A DNA stretch of 39,321 nt, from contig JAHIZJ010000027.1 of the NCBI GenBank assembly GCA_018814765.1, forward strand, positions 1-39,321, written 5' to 3'. Under the pieces are notes generated by a model. The model made no database searches and had not been told where the DNA came from. It was given only the letters and a program-made list of their open reading frames with translations. How positions within the stretch are numbered: position 1 is the first letter of the stretch; each line of letters opens with the position of its first letter. Origin of the DNA: Patescibacteria group bacterium. GTDB taxonomy: Bacteria; Patescibacteriota; Patescibacteriia; JAHIZJ01. Made by a program: the position numbers and the translations under genes. Positions 1 through 9,297 of the stretch are shown here, in pieces.

Positions 1-225
1 GTTGGTCGGATACCAGACGGTTCTTCTCAGCCAGCAGTTCGTGTGAACGGATGGATTGGAACACTGATTGTGGGTAATGTATTCCGCAATGCAAAAGTGA
101 GAGCACCAGAGGAACAAGATTGGGTAACACGAGCCCAGACCAGAGAAGGGGACATTACGACGACAGAGGTTAAAGCGGTTGCTCAAGCGGCAAGATCAGA
201 ACTGTCTGCGGTTAGTACAAAATAG
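1..225 (+). CDS. Hypothetical protein, 3' part (runs in from window edge)
   Basis: Frame open from base 1 to TAG at 225, followed by a terminator hairpin. Confidence 0.55.
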   Translation, partial: VGRIPDGSSQPAVRVNGWIGTLIVGNVFRNAKVRAPEEQDWVTRAQTREGDITTTEVKAVAQAARSELSAVSTK

Positions 226-250
226 GATTGGTTCCATGAGGAGTCAGCCT

Positions 251-280
251 GAGCCGGTTATATATCGGCTCCTTTTTTAT
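251..280 (+). terminator. Intrinsic terminator
   Basis: GAGCCG-loop-CGGCTC followed by a T run. Confidence 0.6.
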
Positions 281-310
281 ATCCACCACTTTACAGGGGG
301 GCCTTCTTCT

Positions 311-350
311 CCAAGACCTAACTTTAGTTGGGGTTGTATAGCTTTAGCTA
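311..350. repeat. REP-like element, left flank of transposase
   Basis: ccaagacctaactttagttggggttgtatagctttagct; imperfect direct copy at ~1037-1076. Confidence 0.65.
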
Positions 351-872
351 TCAAAGCTTACAAATGGTTATATATCCATCAGCATCTTCATTGGATTGTA
401 TTACGCTTCGTACCAGTGTCTTAGCCTGATCAATTCCGTGTTTTTTTGAAAAATCATAAAAACTACAGAATGGATAATTCAGTAAATCATCAAATCTACT
501 TACTTCACGATGTTTAAGTGGATTTCCTATTATATATCTAGATATCTTCCAGTTAATTACTTCTGAATCAATTCGTCTAGAGTGGAAACTCTGCCAAAAA
601 TGTTCATATGGTTTAGGGAATAATTTCCGATAGTCATATGATGTTCCTCCGTGTAGAAATTGACGGATTTTCGGAATTAGATTATTTGAATTTAATCTGA
701 ACTTAAGATGGTAATGATTCATTGAAATTGAAAAGACTATGTAATCCATTTCAAATTTATTTCGAAGCCCATCAATTCTATTTAGAATAATCTGTTTTTG
801 ATTTTCTTCTCTAAAATACGGATAGTGGATATACGTTGTTCCTGTTAAAAAATAGATGGCGCTATTGGACAT
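351..872 (-). mobile_element. REP-associated tyrosine (HUH/Y1) transposase, RAYT/IS200-like
   Basis: YFLT N-terminus, NHYH HUH motif, YIIGNP catalytic Tyr motif, YPFCS tail; REP-like flanks. Confidence 0.8.
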
Positions 873-967
873 ATAGATCTCCTATATCTCTCCTGCCATC
901 TTATGAATTGAGAATATATTTATATAGTGAATGTGTCAAGCTTTATATAACTGAGAAGGGCTTAATC

Positions 968-1077
968 TTAGCTACACCCGGACTGAAGTCCTCTTCACCG
1001 GCGTTAAAACGCCGTCTTGGAAGGAAGTGCTTTTCCCAAAGACCTCGCTTTAACGGGGTTTGTATAGCTTTAGCTGT
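968..1077. repeat. REP-like palindrome cluster, right flank of transposase
   Basis: Hairpins ggact/agtcc and cggcgtt/aacgccg; ends in tgtatagctttagct like the left copy. Confidence 0.6.
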
Positions 1078-1153
1078 CTTTAGAGTGCCCGACATAGATT
1101 GAAATTATCAAAGTATAGTGATATATTAGAAGCACATTATTAACGACAAAGCC

Positions 1154-1888
1154 ATGCCAATTGATTACCCCCCTCCCGATGAGGGAGGACCTGACAAAGA
1201 AATTAGAAATGCTCTTTGGAAGGGAATAATTCAGAAAACAATCGGAGCAGCTATTATTCTCCTGGTATTTGGTATGGTCTGGTGGTATTTCAGTTTAGAC
1301 GAAACGAGCAACGAAAACACTAACCAAGCTACAACGAATACTAATACCACTGAAGTAGTTACAGGTCCGACCGTAACAGAAATAAAAAACAAATTCGGCG
1401 ATGAGTTTAATTTTTCGCTACAAAACAATGTCGAAGGGCGAAATAGTTGGCTTGGTTTAAATGGAACTGACTATATTCAAATCTTCAGTGATGAAGAAGA
1501 GATCGAGCAAGTCTCATATGTTTTTTCAATTGGGGCTGATGGTAAGCTAACTGACCTGCAATTAGATCTTGCCCGACAAATTGCCGAAGCTTCTGTGAAC
1601 CATGGATATGCTGATTGGGTAATGGAACAATTCGACGAATATGTACCAGACAAAGACTACACCACTTTTAAAGTTGAAGAAAATTTCAATGACTATTCAT
1701 ACTATGGAAGAATAAGATGCGATGAAATTAGCAATACTCGATTCTGTAGTACAACTATTCGTTGGCCAGCGCCTGTATTAAGAGCGCAACCAACCGATGA
1801 TTCAGTGTTTAACTTTGAATATATAGGTGAGAGTGAAGAAAATGAAGAACTGGAGCCAGTAGAATCGCCTGAGGGAACATTTTTCTAA
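1154..1888 (+). CDS. Hypothetical single-pass membrane protein
   Basis: 244 aa; N-terminal TM helix, then N/T-rich linker and acidic domain. Confidence 0.8.
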   Translation: MPIDYPPPDEGGPDKEIRNALWKGIIQKTIGAAIILLVFGMVWWYFSLDETSNENTNQATTNTNTTEVVTGPTVTEIKNKFGDEFNFSLQNNVEGRNSWLGLNGTDYIQIFSDEEEIEQVSYVFSIGADGKLTDLQLDLARQIAEASVNHGYADWVMEQFDEYVPDKDYTTFKVEENFNDYSYYGRIRCDEISNTRFCSTTIRWPAPVLRAQPTDDSVFNFEYIGESEENEELEPVESPEGTFF

Positions 1889-1900
1889 TCACGCAACAAT

Positions 1901-1933
1901 AAGAAAAGAGCCTCCAGACCGGAGGTTCTTTTT
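1901..1933. terminator. Bidirectional terminator
   Basis: aagaaaagagcctcc-agacc-ggaggttctttttg between convergent genes. Confidence 0.7.
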
Positions 1934-1952
1934 GTATTAAGATGCTTATTAT

Positions 1953-2609
1953 TTATGAATCATAACAGACATATAAACAAGGATCTATCCAGCTGGTAAG
2001 CTCTGGTTCAGAGCCGACATAGCCTAGAAGGTTTATGGTGCTTCCTTTGTGCATTCCCAGGTGGAGGTGTTTACGCTCTCCGTCTGTTTCTATGCTTTTA
2101 TCAGCACCTAGTACACCAACGACTTGGCCAGTTTCCAGCTCGTCATTTATGTTAGCAATACTTGATAATTTTAAATGCCCATAAATTACTATTATGGGCT
2201 CATTGTTCAGTTTGCAGGCCTGGACAGCGACTCCACCGTAGCCACTAACCGTTCTTTTCGAAATTAAGCCTCCAGTACAGATAGCTATGATTGAAACATC
2301 TTGATTAAATTCTTCAGGAAATATTTCAAAATCTGTACCGGTGTGATATCCTTGAAACCGTTCTGGCTGAATGGGGGATGTGCTTGGAGTAATAAAAACA
2401 CCAAACTCTTTGTTTGTTACTCTTTCGCTTGCCCTGTCTAATGGGGGTTTGAGAATATGGTTATTCTTGATATCTATTGGTTCATTCTTAGGTTGTTGAT
2501 CAGCAGTCACCACTAGTTGACTTTCAATAGTACCAGAGTCGTTATTTATAAGAACAAAAATTACGTAAGCAATCATTACAATAAGTACTACCAGAAATAT
2601 TTTTTTCAT
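1953..2609 (-). CDS. M23 family peptidase, membrane anchored/secreted
   Basis: HTGTD (HxxxD), YGHL and HLH motifs; start moved to MKKIFLVV signal. Confidence 0.88.
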   Translation of the reverse strand: MKKIFLVVLIVMIAYVIFVLINNDSGTIESQLVVTADQQPKNEPIDIKNNHILKPPLDRASERVTNKEFGVFITPSTSPIQPERFQGYHTGTDFEIFPEEFNQDVSIIAICTGGLISKRTVSGYGGVAVQACKLNNEPIIVIYGHLKLSSIANINDELETGQVVGVLGADKSIETDGERKHLHLGMHKGSTINLLGYVGSEPELTSWIDPCLYVCYDS

Positions 2610-2763
2610 ATGACAAGTATACCAAAAAACGGACCATTGTGGACTATATACATCTGGGGGCATGTATTTATTTAACACTTATATTTATCTATGTAAAATG
2701 AAGCTAGTTCTTTCAAATAGATTGAAGTCAATCGGACAAGAAGTCTAAATAAGGAGGTTTTGG

Positions 2764-3004
2764 GTGAAAGGAACTACCAGAAAAGGGCTAAGAGAGTTGC
2801 TCTCGCCCTTATACTGCCTTGTGGCCGTTTTTTTCAATGGTGGCAATTGTGTTGACTACTCTACTTCTATCCCGGGCCGTTCAGGTTATGACGGGTGCAA
2901 ATGAATTGTGTACTATACAACTTCAGATTGAGCATCCAGATCGTTACACCTGTGTCGGATTTAACCGCAGGTGTGTTGACGGGGGCAGAACCATTGTCTG
3001 GTAA
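2764..3004 (+). pseudogene. Small membrane protein, apparently frameshifted at T7 (2828-2834)
   Basis: AAGGAGG before GTG at 2764; deleting one T joins it to ORF 2819..3004 and gives a continuous TM helix. Confidence 0.45.
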
Positions 3005-3065
3005 CAAAGCTGGCCTTTCTTGAACTGATCACCCGGAATAGACACCTTAATTTGGAGGTTTCTCG

Positions 3066-3203
3066 ATGATAAGACATGAATTGGACATGATCGGGCCTTA
3101 TGGGTTCATGGTGCCATATGGGATGGACCCAAGGCGCTACTTCCCGTTGCCATTCGGTGGATTCTACTACCGGATGCCCGGTTTGACCATCATCGTATGG
3201 TGA
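3066..3203 (+). CDS. Small hypothetical protein (45 aa, MIRHELDMIG...TIIVW)
   Basis: GGAGG RBS; terminator at ~3221-3251. Confidence 0.5.
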   Translation: MIRHELDMIGPYGFMVPYGMDPRRYFPLPFGGFYYRMPGLTIIVW

Positions 3204-3284
3204 TCTCTAACGGACATCATAAACTGATCTTCTCTGAGGGTCAGTTTTTTTATTTTGCGAAAATATTACCAGGCTGTAAACCCA

Positions 3285-3312
3285 GTAGACGAGATTCCGG
3301 AATCTCGTCTAC
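3285..3312. repeat. Perfect 28-bp palindrome, GTAG-type REP-like
   Basis: gtagacgagattccggaatctcgtctac. Confidence 0.8.
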
Positions 3313-3371
3313 GAAATAGAAATTGATAATAAAAAATAGCGCCTCAATCAGATTGATGAGGCGCTTGATCA

Positions 3372-3620
3372 CTACCATGTGCTGCGTCGACTACTGTCCA
3401 CGATATTGACGTTTTTCCGCAGCCACCTTGTGTGTCTTGGTTTGTCGGCTTTACGTCCCTGTTGGACCCAGAGAGTAACCGGCACATGGCTAGATTCACA
3501 CGGGAAGATCTCTTCTGGATTGTTAGGATCCTTACGAACCTCTCCCACCAGCCCACTCTTGGTGTTTTGCAGATCCATGCCGGGCTTGAGTATGTCTTGG
3601 GTTACCTGTGTGTCTGCCAT
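3372..3620 (-). CDS. Small hypothetical protein
   Basis: Start MADTQVTQ after GAAGG; hairpin plus T run downstream. Confidence 0.6.
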   Translation of the reverse strand: MADTQVTQDILKPGMDLQNTKSGLVGEVRKDPNNPEEIFPCESSHVPVTLWVQQGRKADKPRHTRWLRKNVNIVDSSRRSTW

Positions 3621-3883
3621 AGTTTCTATACCTTCGTTTTGTGTTGCAGCCATTGGTCGACAAAAAAGCGAGTAGAGAAACTTTATCATAAGCAGATTGC
3701 TTATCAAGACCTTTCTGGTTAACTGATTTATAATAAACAAGTCAGACGTGGAAGACTGACTAGCTGATAAAGAAAACCTCGCTTATCAGACAGGTTCAGT
3801 CTTGACAGCCAATCATAAAGCGGGTATACAGTAAGTAAGTACTTTTGTTACGAGGGAGGTTGGACGATAACGGAGGATCAACG

Positions 3884-4261
3884 ATGAGACATTTGCTCGT
3901 TATATTGTCATGCATGCTGATTATGGTGGCTGTAGCGCCAAATCAGTGTAGCGGGTGTCAGGAGGGCGCAGTCCTTATTGTAACTAGCCCAGAGAAGGTG
4001 GACATTACTGTTGACAGAGAGGAGAGGAGCAAGAGAGTACGGCTAACCTTTTCTATTGTCGAGGCAGGGCCAGTCAATCTGGATATCGGATGGATATCAA
4101 GATATTGTCTCGACTTTAACGGGGTAGTCATGATTTTCGACAAGAAATGGTTTGAAGTTGGCACGTACGAGTTGTTCGTTGATTTGCCTGATCCGCATGC
4201 GGACAACTATTACGTGTTTAATCTGGTCGTTAATGGCCAGTTGATTCAAGCTGATCTTTAG
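3884..4261 (+). CDS. Hypothetical secreted protein
   Basis: GGAGG RBS, signal peptide MRHLLVILSCML, TTGACA promoter upstream, terminator downstream. Confidence 0.7.
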   Translation: MRHLLVILSCMLIMVAVAPNQCSGCQEGAVLIVTSPEKVDITVDREERSKRVRLTFSIVEAGPVNLDIGWISRYCLDFNGVVMIFDKKWFEVGTYELFVDLPDPHADNYYVFNLVVNGQLIQADL

Positions 4262-4370
4262 GAACAACCTAAACAATACCACCGTCACTATGAATTAGTT
4301 GGCGGTGTTTTTTTGTTATGAAAATAATATAAAAAAGGCCCTGTCCAAAGAATCAGACAGGGCAAAGGAA

Positions 4371-5129
4371 CTAGTCAGTAGGGGTAACCGGGATGGCGGT
4401 GGACCATTCGGGAGACTGGTATTCGCGACCACCCACGCTTGGTTCATGCTCTACTGTTGAGCCTAGATCGACCAGATCTGGGTCTGATGCCACCACAGAC
4501 ACCTCTTTGGCTGTTAGTTCGTAATGATTGATTGCTTCACAGGCTTTGAGAATTCGCGTTACGAACCCATGAAGACTACGGTAGTTTTCAGATGCTCCAC
4601 GTAATCTCCCCAGAGCTTTCTCGAGACGTCTTAGGCCAGTCCTGAGACTGCTGGCCTCTTGATAAAAACGAGCACGACCTCGAACCACGGACTGATGATA
4701 AGTTAGCGCTTCTCCAAGGCCACTATTACCCGCTGCCCAGAGCCAGAAGAGCTCTTGAAGCTCCTCTGGAAATTCAGTATTCTGTAGCTCCAACCTTCCA
4801 TGCATGACAGGGAATGTGCACTTGTAATCCCAGTCCGTACATGGATCAGGGCAGGATTCGGTATTGAGGCGAACTGTTCTTATTCGTCCGTCTACTTTTA
4901 CCAGCACCACTAGACGAGGGTCCTTTTTAGCGTGCTTGATCCAAAAAGGGTTTGGCTCGCTGATGTACATGACATGACGATTTAGTAAGCTACAGCGATG
5001 GTTTTTGTAGCCCTTGAGAGCCATAACCATGTTCCGCCAGATGCCGGAAATCTTATACTTGCCGAACAAGTAGAGAATGGCGGTCACTGGCCAGATCGTA
5101 TTGGTCCAGCACTTAGGTATAACCTTCAT
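4371..5129 (-). CDS. Hypothetical protein
   Basis: 252-aa ORF with AAGGAG RBS; terminator downstream. Confidence 0.7.
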   Translation of the reverse strand: MKVIPKCWTNTIWPVTAILYLFGKYKISGIWRNMVMALKGYKNHRCSLLNRHVMYISEPNPFWIKHAKKDPRLVVLVKVDGRIRTVRLNTESCPDPCTDWDYKCTFPVMHGRLELQNTEFPEELQELFWLWAAGNSGLGEALTYHQSVVRGRARFYQEASSLRTGLRRLEKALGRLRGASENYRSLHGFVTRILKACEAINHYELTAKEVSVVASDPDLVDLGSTVEHEPSVGGREYQSPEWSTAIPVTPTD

Positions 5130-5444
5130 ACTATATCTCCTTATTATCTATCGCACTCTGTCATTCAGATGCCTAAGCATCCTTTGCAGCCGGGGATAGA
5201 CGGAGGGAGACTGTCTCTGGCAGTTAGCAATGTGGACAAATATTGACCACAAACCTGTTTTAGGCAGAGACAGGGTACTATATCACTAACTGATATAGTT
5301 GTCAATAGACATACGACCTACTTGTAAATATTGAATAATGGAATTTATTGTTCATTTTACTAGCTGTCGTTTATTAAATCTCAAGAATATTGGGCAGGTG
5401 CTTGACTTAATGATGTTTTTAAATAGTATATGACTAATGGAGCC

Positions 5445-6257
5445 CTAGTCGCTTTTATTGAAGAGAAAAACTCCAAAGGTTACCATAATGACACCGAACA
5501 CCGATACTATCAATAAATCAGTCCAGAGGTTTACCTGGTGACCAAATAAGTCAATACTCAATAAATCGATTACTTGAGTAGGGGTGTCCATGAATTTAAA
5601 AGATACTTGGCGTACCAGATCGATAGCATAAGAGGCGGGATTAATCTTTGATAAGATATCCATCCAATTGGGCAGGTTTGACAAGGGGAACATGGCGCCA
5701 GAAAGAAAAAACATTGGCATCATGATAAAGTTCATTATCATCTGGAAACCCTCGGCTGATTTCATACGTGATGCCACAACCAGACCGATAGACGTCAGGG
5801 CTATTGAAGCAATAAACATGACCGGTAGCATGGCCAGAACTAATCCGAGTGAAAGCTTTATACCGACAATCGGGGACAATAAGATCATTATAGTACCCTG
5901 GATCATAGCTGTGGTAGATCCGCCGAGTATTTTACCGAGAGCTATGGAGACGCGTGAAACTGGAGCAACCAATATTTCTTTCAAGAAGCCGAATTGACGA
6001 TCAGTTACTATCGACATGACCGAAAATATTGAAGTAAACAATATGGACATACCGATTACGCCCGGAAAAAGAAACTGGATAAAGTCGAATCCAGCCTGTC
6101 CTCCGCCAATGGCAAAAGCTGATTTCATCCCCGAGCCGAAAAGCACCAGCCAGATAAGTGGCATGGCTAGAGATGATATAAGCCGGGGCTTAGTGCGCCA
6201 ATAGCGGATCATTTCTCTTAGCCAGATAATATATATTTCTTTAAATAATTTTTTCAT
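5445..6257 (-). CDS. ABC-2 type exporter permease (DrrB-like)
   Basis: Multiple TM helices; DRQFGFLKEILVAP and FLSGAMFP motifs. Confidence 0.92.
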   Translation of the reverse strand: MKKLFKEIYIIWLREMIRYWRTKPRLISSLAMPLIWLVLFGSGMKSAFAIGGGQAGFDFIQFLFPGVIGMSILFTSIFSVMSIVTDRQFGFLKEILVAPVSRVSIALGKILGGSTTAMIQGTIMILLSPIVGIKLSLGLVLAMLPVMFIASIALTSIGLVVASRMKSAEGFQMIMNFIMMPMFFLSGAMFPLSNLPNWMDILSKINPASYAIDLVRQVSFKFMDTPTQVIDLLSIDLFGHQVNLWTDLLIVSVFGVIMVTFGVFLFNKSD

Positions 6258-6258
6258 A

Positions 6259-7233
6259 TTAATGTCTTATTCTCATTTTATAGAATTTTTTTGCTTTATC
6301 GTACGTTGAAGCTTCTTCATCTCTGATTTCACGGCCGGTCAGCTTTAGGAAAACGTCGTTTAGGGTAGGCTTTCGCAGATCAACACTTTTTACTTTCATG
6401 GACAAGCCACGAAAAAGTAGGGGTATGAATTCCTCGCCTGTCTCTTTTGTAATTAGTAATCCATCATCTTTTTTATTAACCTCAAGACCGAATTTATTTT
6501 TTATTTCTTGAGTTGCCTGATCGTTGTTGTCAGTAATTAAGGTAATAACATCGCCCCCAATCATATCTTTCAGTTTTTTCGGAGTATCAATAGCAATTAT
6601 TTCACCTTTATCCATAATAGCTATTCTATCGCAGTATTCAGCCTCATCCATGTAATGAGTGGTCATAAACATAGTTATGTCTTCTTTTTGTCTTAATTGC
6701 ATGATATATTCCCAGATACGGTTTCTGGTTTGCGGATCCAGACCAATTGTCGGCTCATCCAGAAAGAGAACCTTCGGATAATGTAATAAACCACGAGCTA
6801 TTTCCAGACGTCTTTTCATGCCGCCGGAGAAAGTCTCTACCAGATCCTTTTTTCTAACAGCCAAGTCAAGCAACCCTAACATGTTATCAATCCGCTGGTC
6901 CATTTTTTCGCCTGATTCTCCGTATAGCCAGGCATGAAATTTTAAGTTTTCCTTGGCTGTCAGCTTGTCATCCAGCGAAGGATCCTGAAAAATCAGGCCG
7001 ATAGATGAGCGTACTTTGTCTTTGTCTTTCACTGCATTAAAGCCGTTTATTAGAGCTTGTCCGGATGTGGGCTTAAGAAGAGTGGTTAGCATGTTTATAG
7101 TGGTCGTTTTACCGGCGCCATTTGGTCCGAGAAATCCAAAAATCTCCCCCCTGTTGACTTCAAAGGATACATTGTTGACCGCTGTTAAATCTTTAAACTT
7201 TCTGGTTAATCCTTTAACTTCAATAATACTCAT
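6259..7233 (-). CDS. ABC exporter ATP-binding protein (DrrA-like)
   Basis: GPNGAGKT, FSGGMKRR, LDEPT, TTHYMDEA. Confidence 0.95.
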   Translation of the reverse strand: MSIIEVKGLTRKFKDLTAVNNVSFEVNRGEIFGFLGPNGAGKTTTINMLTTLLKPTSGQALINGFNAVKDKDKVRSSIGLIFQDPSLDDKLTAKENLKFHAWLYGESGEKMDQRIDNMLGLLDLAVRKKDLVETFSGGMKRRLEIARGLLHYPKVLFLDEPTIGLDPQTRNRIWEYIMQLRQKEDITMFMTTHYMDEAEYCDRIAIMDKGEIIAIDTPKKLKDMIGGDVITLITDNNDQATQEIKNKFGLEVNKKDDGLLITKETGEEFIPLLFRGLSMKVKSVDLRKPTLNDVFLKLTGREIRDEEASTYDKAKKFYKMRIRH

Positions 7234-7328
7234 ATGCTTATTTACTATGCTTCTTAATGTTTTTTTTCATAATATTCATAAAATAAGAATTTTAAAAAAT
7301 CATTCATATATAGGGAACGACTCCCTGA

Positions 7329-7736
7329 TGGGGTGGTAGATGGACCCAGTACCACTCACTTCGTTCGGGTACTGGGTGAAAAACCACAACCGCCGGTACC
7401 ACCCAGTCCCGCCAAGCAAGCTGGTTGATTAGGAAACGATGTCTGGGGTGGCCGATGGGGCTCGAACCCACAACCGCCGGTACCACAAACCGGTGCTCTA
7501 CCATTGAGCTACGGCCACCCCAGACATAACTTCTTTATTATATTCATATTTAATAATGCACATACTTTTATTTTGGCTTGGCGAGCGGGGCGGGGCAAAC
7601 CGGTGCTCCCTGTCCCGCACCCAGGGTGGTGCGGGATACCATTGAGCCCCGACGAGATCGCTCTGCGATCTGTCGGGATCCTGGATCCCGAACGGCTCTG
7701 CCGCTTCGGAACATCGGGACTACGGCCACCCCAGAC
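7329..7736 (-). pseudogene. Fragmented tRNA-His copy with four hairpin insertions, enclosing the intact gene
   Basis: Collinear tRNA pieces at 7329-7343, 7384-7402, 7596-7608, 7637-7647 and 7720-7736. Confidence 0.8.
7444..7519 (-). tRNA. tRNA-His (GUG)
   Basis: GGTGGCCGTAGCTCAATGGTAGAGCACCGGTTTGTGGTACCGGCGGTTGTGGGTTCGAGCCCCATCGGCCACCCCA; cloverleaf, G-1:C73, encoded CCA. Confidence 0.96.
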
Positions 7737-7757
7737 CCTACTTGCTGTAACGTCTAT

Positions 7758-7786
7758 ATTGTAATGGAACTTTAACCAGATGGCAA
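7758..7786 (-). promoter_or_regulatory. Sigma70-type promoter for the tRNA-His locus
   Basis: TTGCCA-N17-TACAAT on the minus strand. Confidence 0.6.
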
Positions 7787-7789
7787 GAT

Positions 7790-7985
7790 AAAAAAATGGT
7801 CCGGAGGAACACTAATCGCGCGAGCGATAGCGTTCCCCGGACCGGCCCGGACGGATCCCTTTTTTGGACAAGAACAGGAGCGGGAAACCGCCGGGCAGAC
7901 GAGATCAAAACCGCGTCCAAGGCCGGGTCAAGACCGACTCATGGTGCTACACGGCTGACCTCCCAAAAAGCATTATATAAAGCTA
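7790..7985 (-). ncRNA. Candidate small GC-rich RNA
   Basis: TTGACA-N17-TAACAT upstream (8019-7991); long hairpin 7798-7843 plus T run; no convincing ORF. Confidence 0.35.
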
Positions 7986-8046
7986 GGATTATGTTATCGT
8001 AAGATAATTATATTGTCAAGGGGGTGTATTGAAAATAGCCGAGTAA

Positions 8047-8670
8047 CTATAGTATAAATTCTTTCCCTGATCCGTGGAAAGTAACTTGATTATCTTTTAC
8101 AACGAAAAACTGTCCGTCAGCAAGTAGTCGGATGGGATATTTGAGATTAGCATATATATTTCTAAAGTTGGGAAGCTTTTCTTCTGTGACGTGGCATTTA
8201 ACCAAGAATGGTACCAATTTCATCGCTGTGAAGTCTGTCAGACCGACTGTGTTCCACTTAGGTTTCAATATTGCATGTTGGTCGATTGACGGACCGGCCA
8301 CATAAGCTCCTGAACTGCTACCGGTATATACACCACCTTGGTCTAGGAATTCTCGGACAACTTGTTCGAATCCACTTTCTCTGATTGCGAGTAGCATGTG
8401 AAAGCCGTTACCGCCGGTTAGATGGACAACGTCTTTATCTTTTAGGGCATGCCTAACCTCGTCCTGATCTTTGCCCTTTATATCATAATCCTCCAGATCC
8501 ATTCCCAACGAAGTCCAGACGCTTGCCCCTCTCTCAATGTAGGTTGTATCCGGAACATCGCGACAGGCAGAAGTAATACGTAAAACCCTGGTTTGATCCG
8601 GGCTCTTGGGAAAATGTTTGGAAAATTCTTTTACGTCTTTATTGGCTGAGGCCAATATTATTGTACCCAT
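8047..8670 (-). CDS. Peptidase E (S51) / class I glutamine amidotransferase-like protein
   Basis: LTGGNG and YTGSSSGA nucleophile elbow, downstream His. Confidence 0.85.
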   Translation of the reverse strand: MGTIILASANKDVKEFSKHFPKSPDQTRVLRITSACRDVPDTTYIERGASVWTSLGMDLEDYDIKGKDQDEVRHALKDKDVVHLTGGNGFHMLLAIRESGFEQVVREFLDQGGVYTGSSSGAYVAGPSIDQHAILKPKWNTVGLTDFTAMKLVPFLVKCHVTEEKLPNFRNIYANLKYPIRLLADGQFFVVKDNQVTFHGSGKEFIL

Positions 8671-8688
8671 AAATCGGTAGTTACGAAA

Positions 8689-9297
8689 TTATTTATTAAC
8701 AGATTTACCTATTTCTGTGTTTATATAACGTCTAACCTGTTCTACATTCCTATAGAGTAACGTGTGAACATGATGTTGTTTAGCGCGCTGTAAATAATTT
8801 TCTTTATTATCAATGAAAAGGATTTCGGTGGGCTTAAAGTATATTTTAGAGAATACAGCATCCCATATTTGGTCTTGTGTTTTACTAAAACCAAGCTTGT
8901 GAGATAACAGCAGTTTATCGAAGTACTCGTTGAAATTAATCTGTTTCTGATAATTTGGAAAGACAGCCCCAAAGTTGTTGGAAAATAAATATATAGTAAA
9001 TTTGCTCCTGAGCGCTTTTATGTAGTCAAGTAATTCTGTGTTGAGTTCGGGGATTGCTCCAAACAAATACTCAAAATCTTTTGGGTTGGCTTCTTTGTCT
9101 AATGAGCCAATAAATTTTTCCAGAAACTGATCAGGAGACAGCTCGTTGCGGGCAAATGGCTGAATGAGTGTGTGAAAAACACCTCTGACTGTTTGCTCGT
9201 CAACCCCAAGAGCTTTGTTTAGCTCTCTACCTAAACAATTTCCCCAGTTCTCTTTTGTACAGACACCGAACCAGTCTATTAATAATGCTTTGATCAT
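8689..9297 (-). CDS. HAD-superfamily hydrolase (YihX-like)
   Basis: IDWFGV motif I, FSNN, K, FIDNKE motif IV. Confidence 0.85.
   Translation of the reverse strand: MIKALLIDWFGVCTKENWGNCLGRELNKALGVDEQTVRGVFHTLIQPFARNELSPDQFLEKFIGSLDKEANPKDFEYLFGAIPELNTELLDYIKALRSKFTIYLFSNNFGAVFPNYQKQINFNEYFDKLLLSHKLGFSKTQDQIWDAVFSKIYFKPTEILFIDNKENYLQRAKQHHVHTLLYRNVEQVRRYINTEIGKSVNK

Noticed and set aside
7304-8002. Short ORFs around tRNA-His
   Set aside because: They are translations of tRNA and GC-rich palindromes
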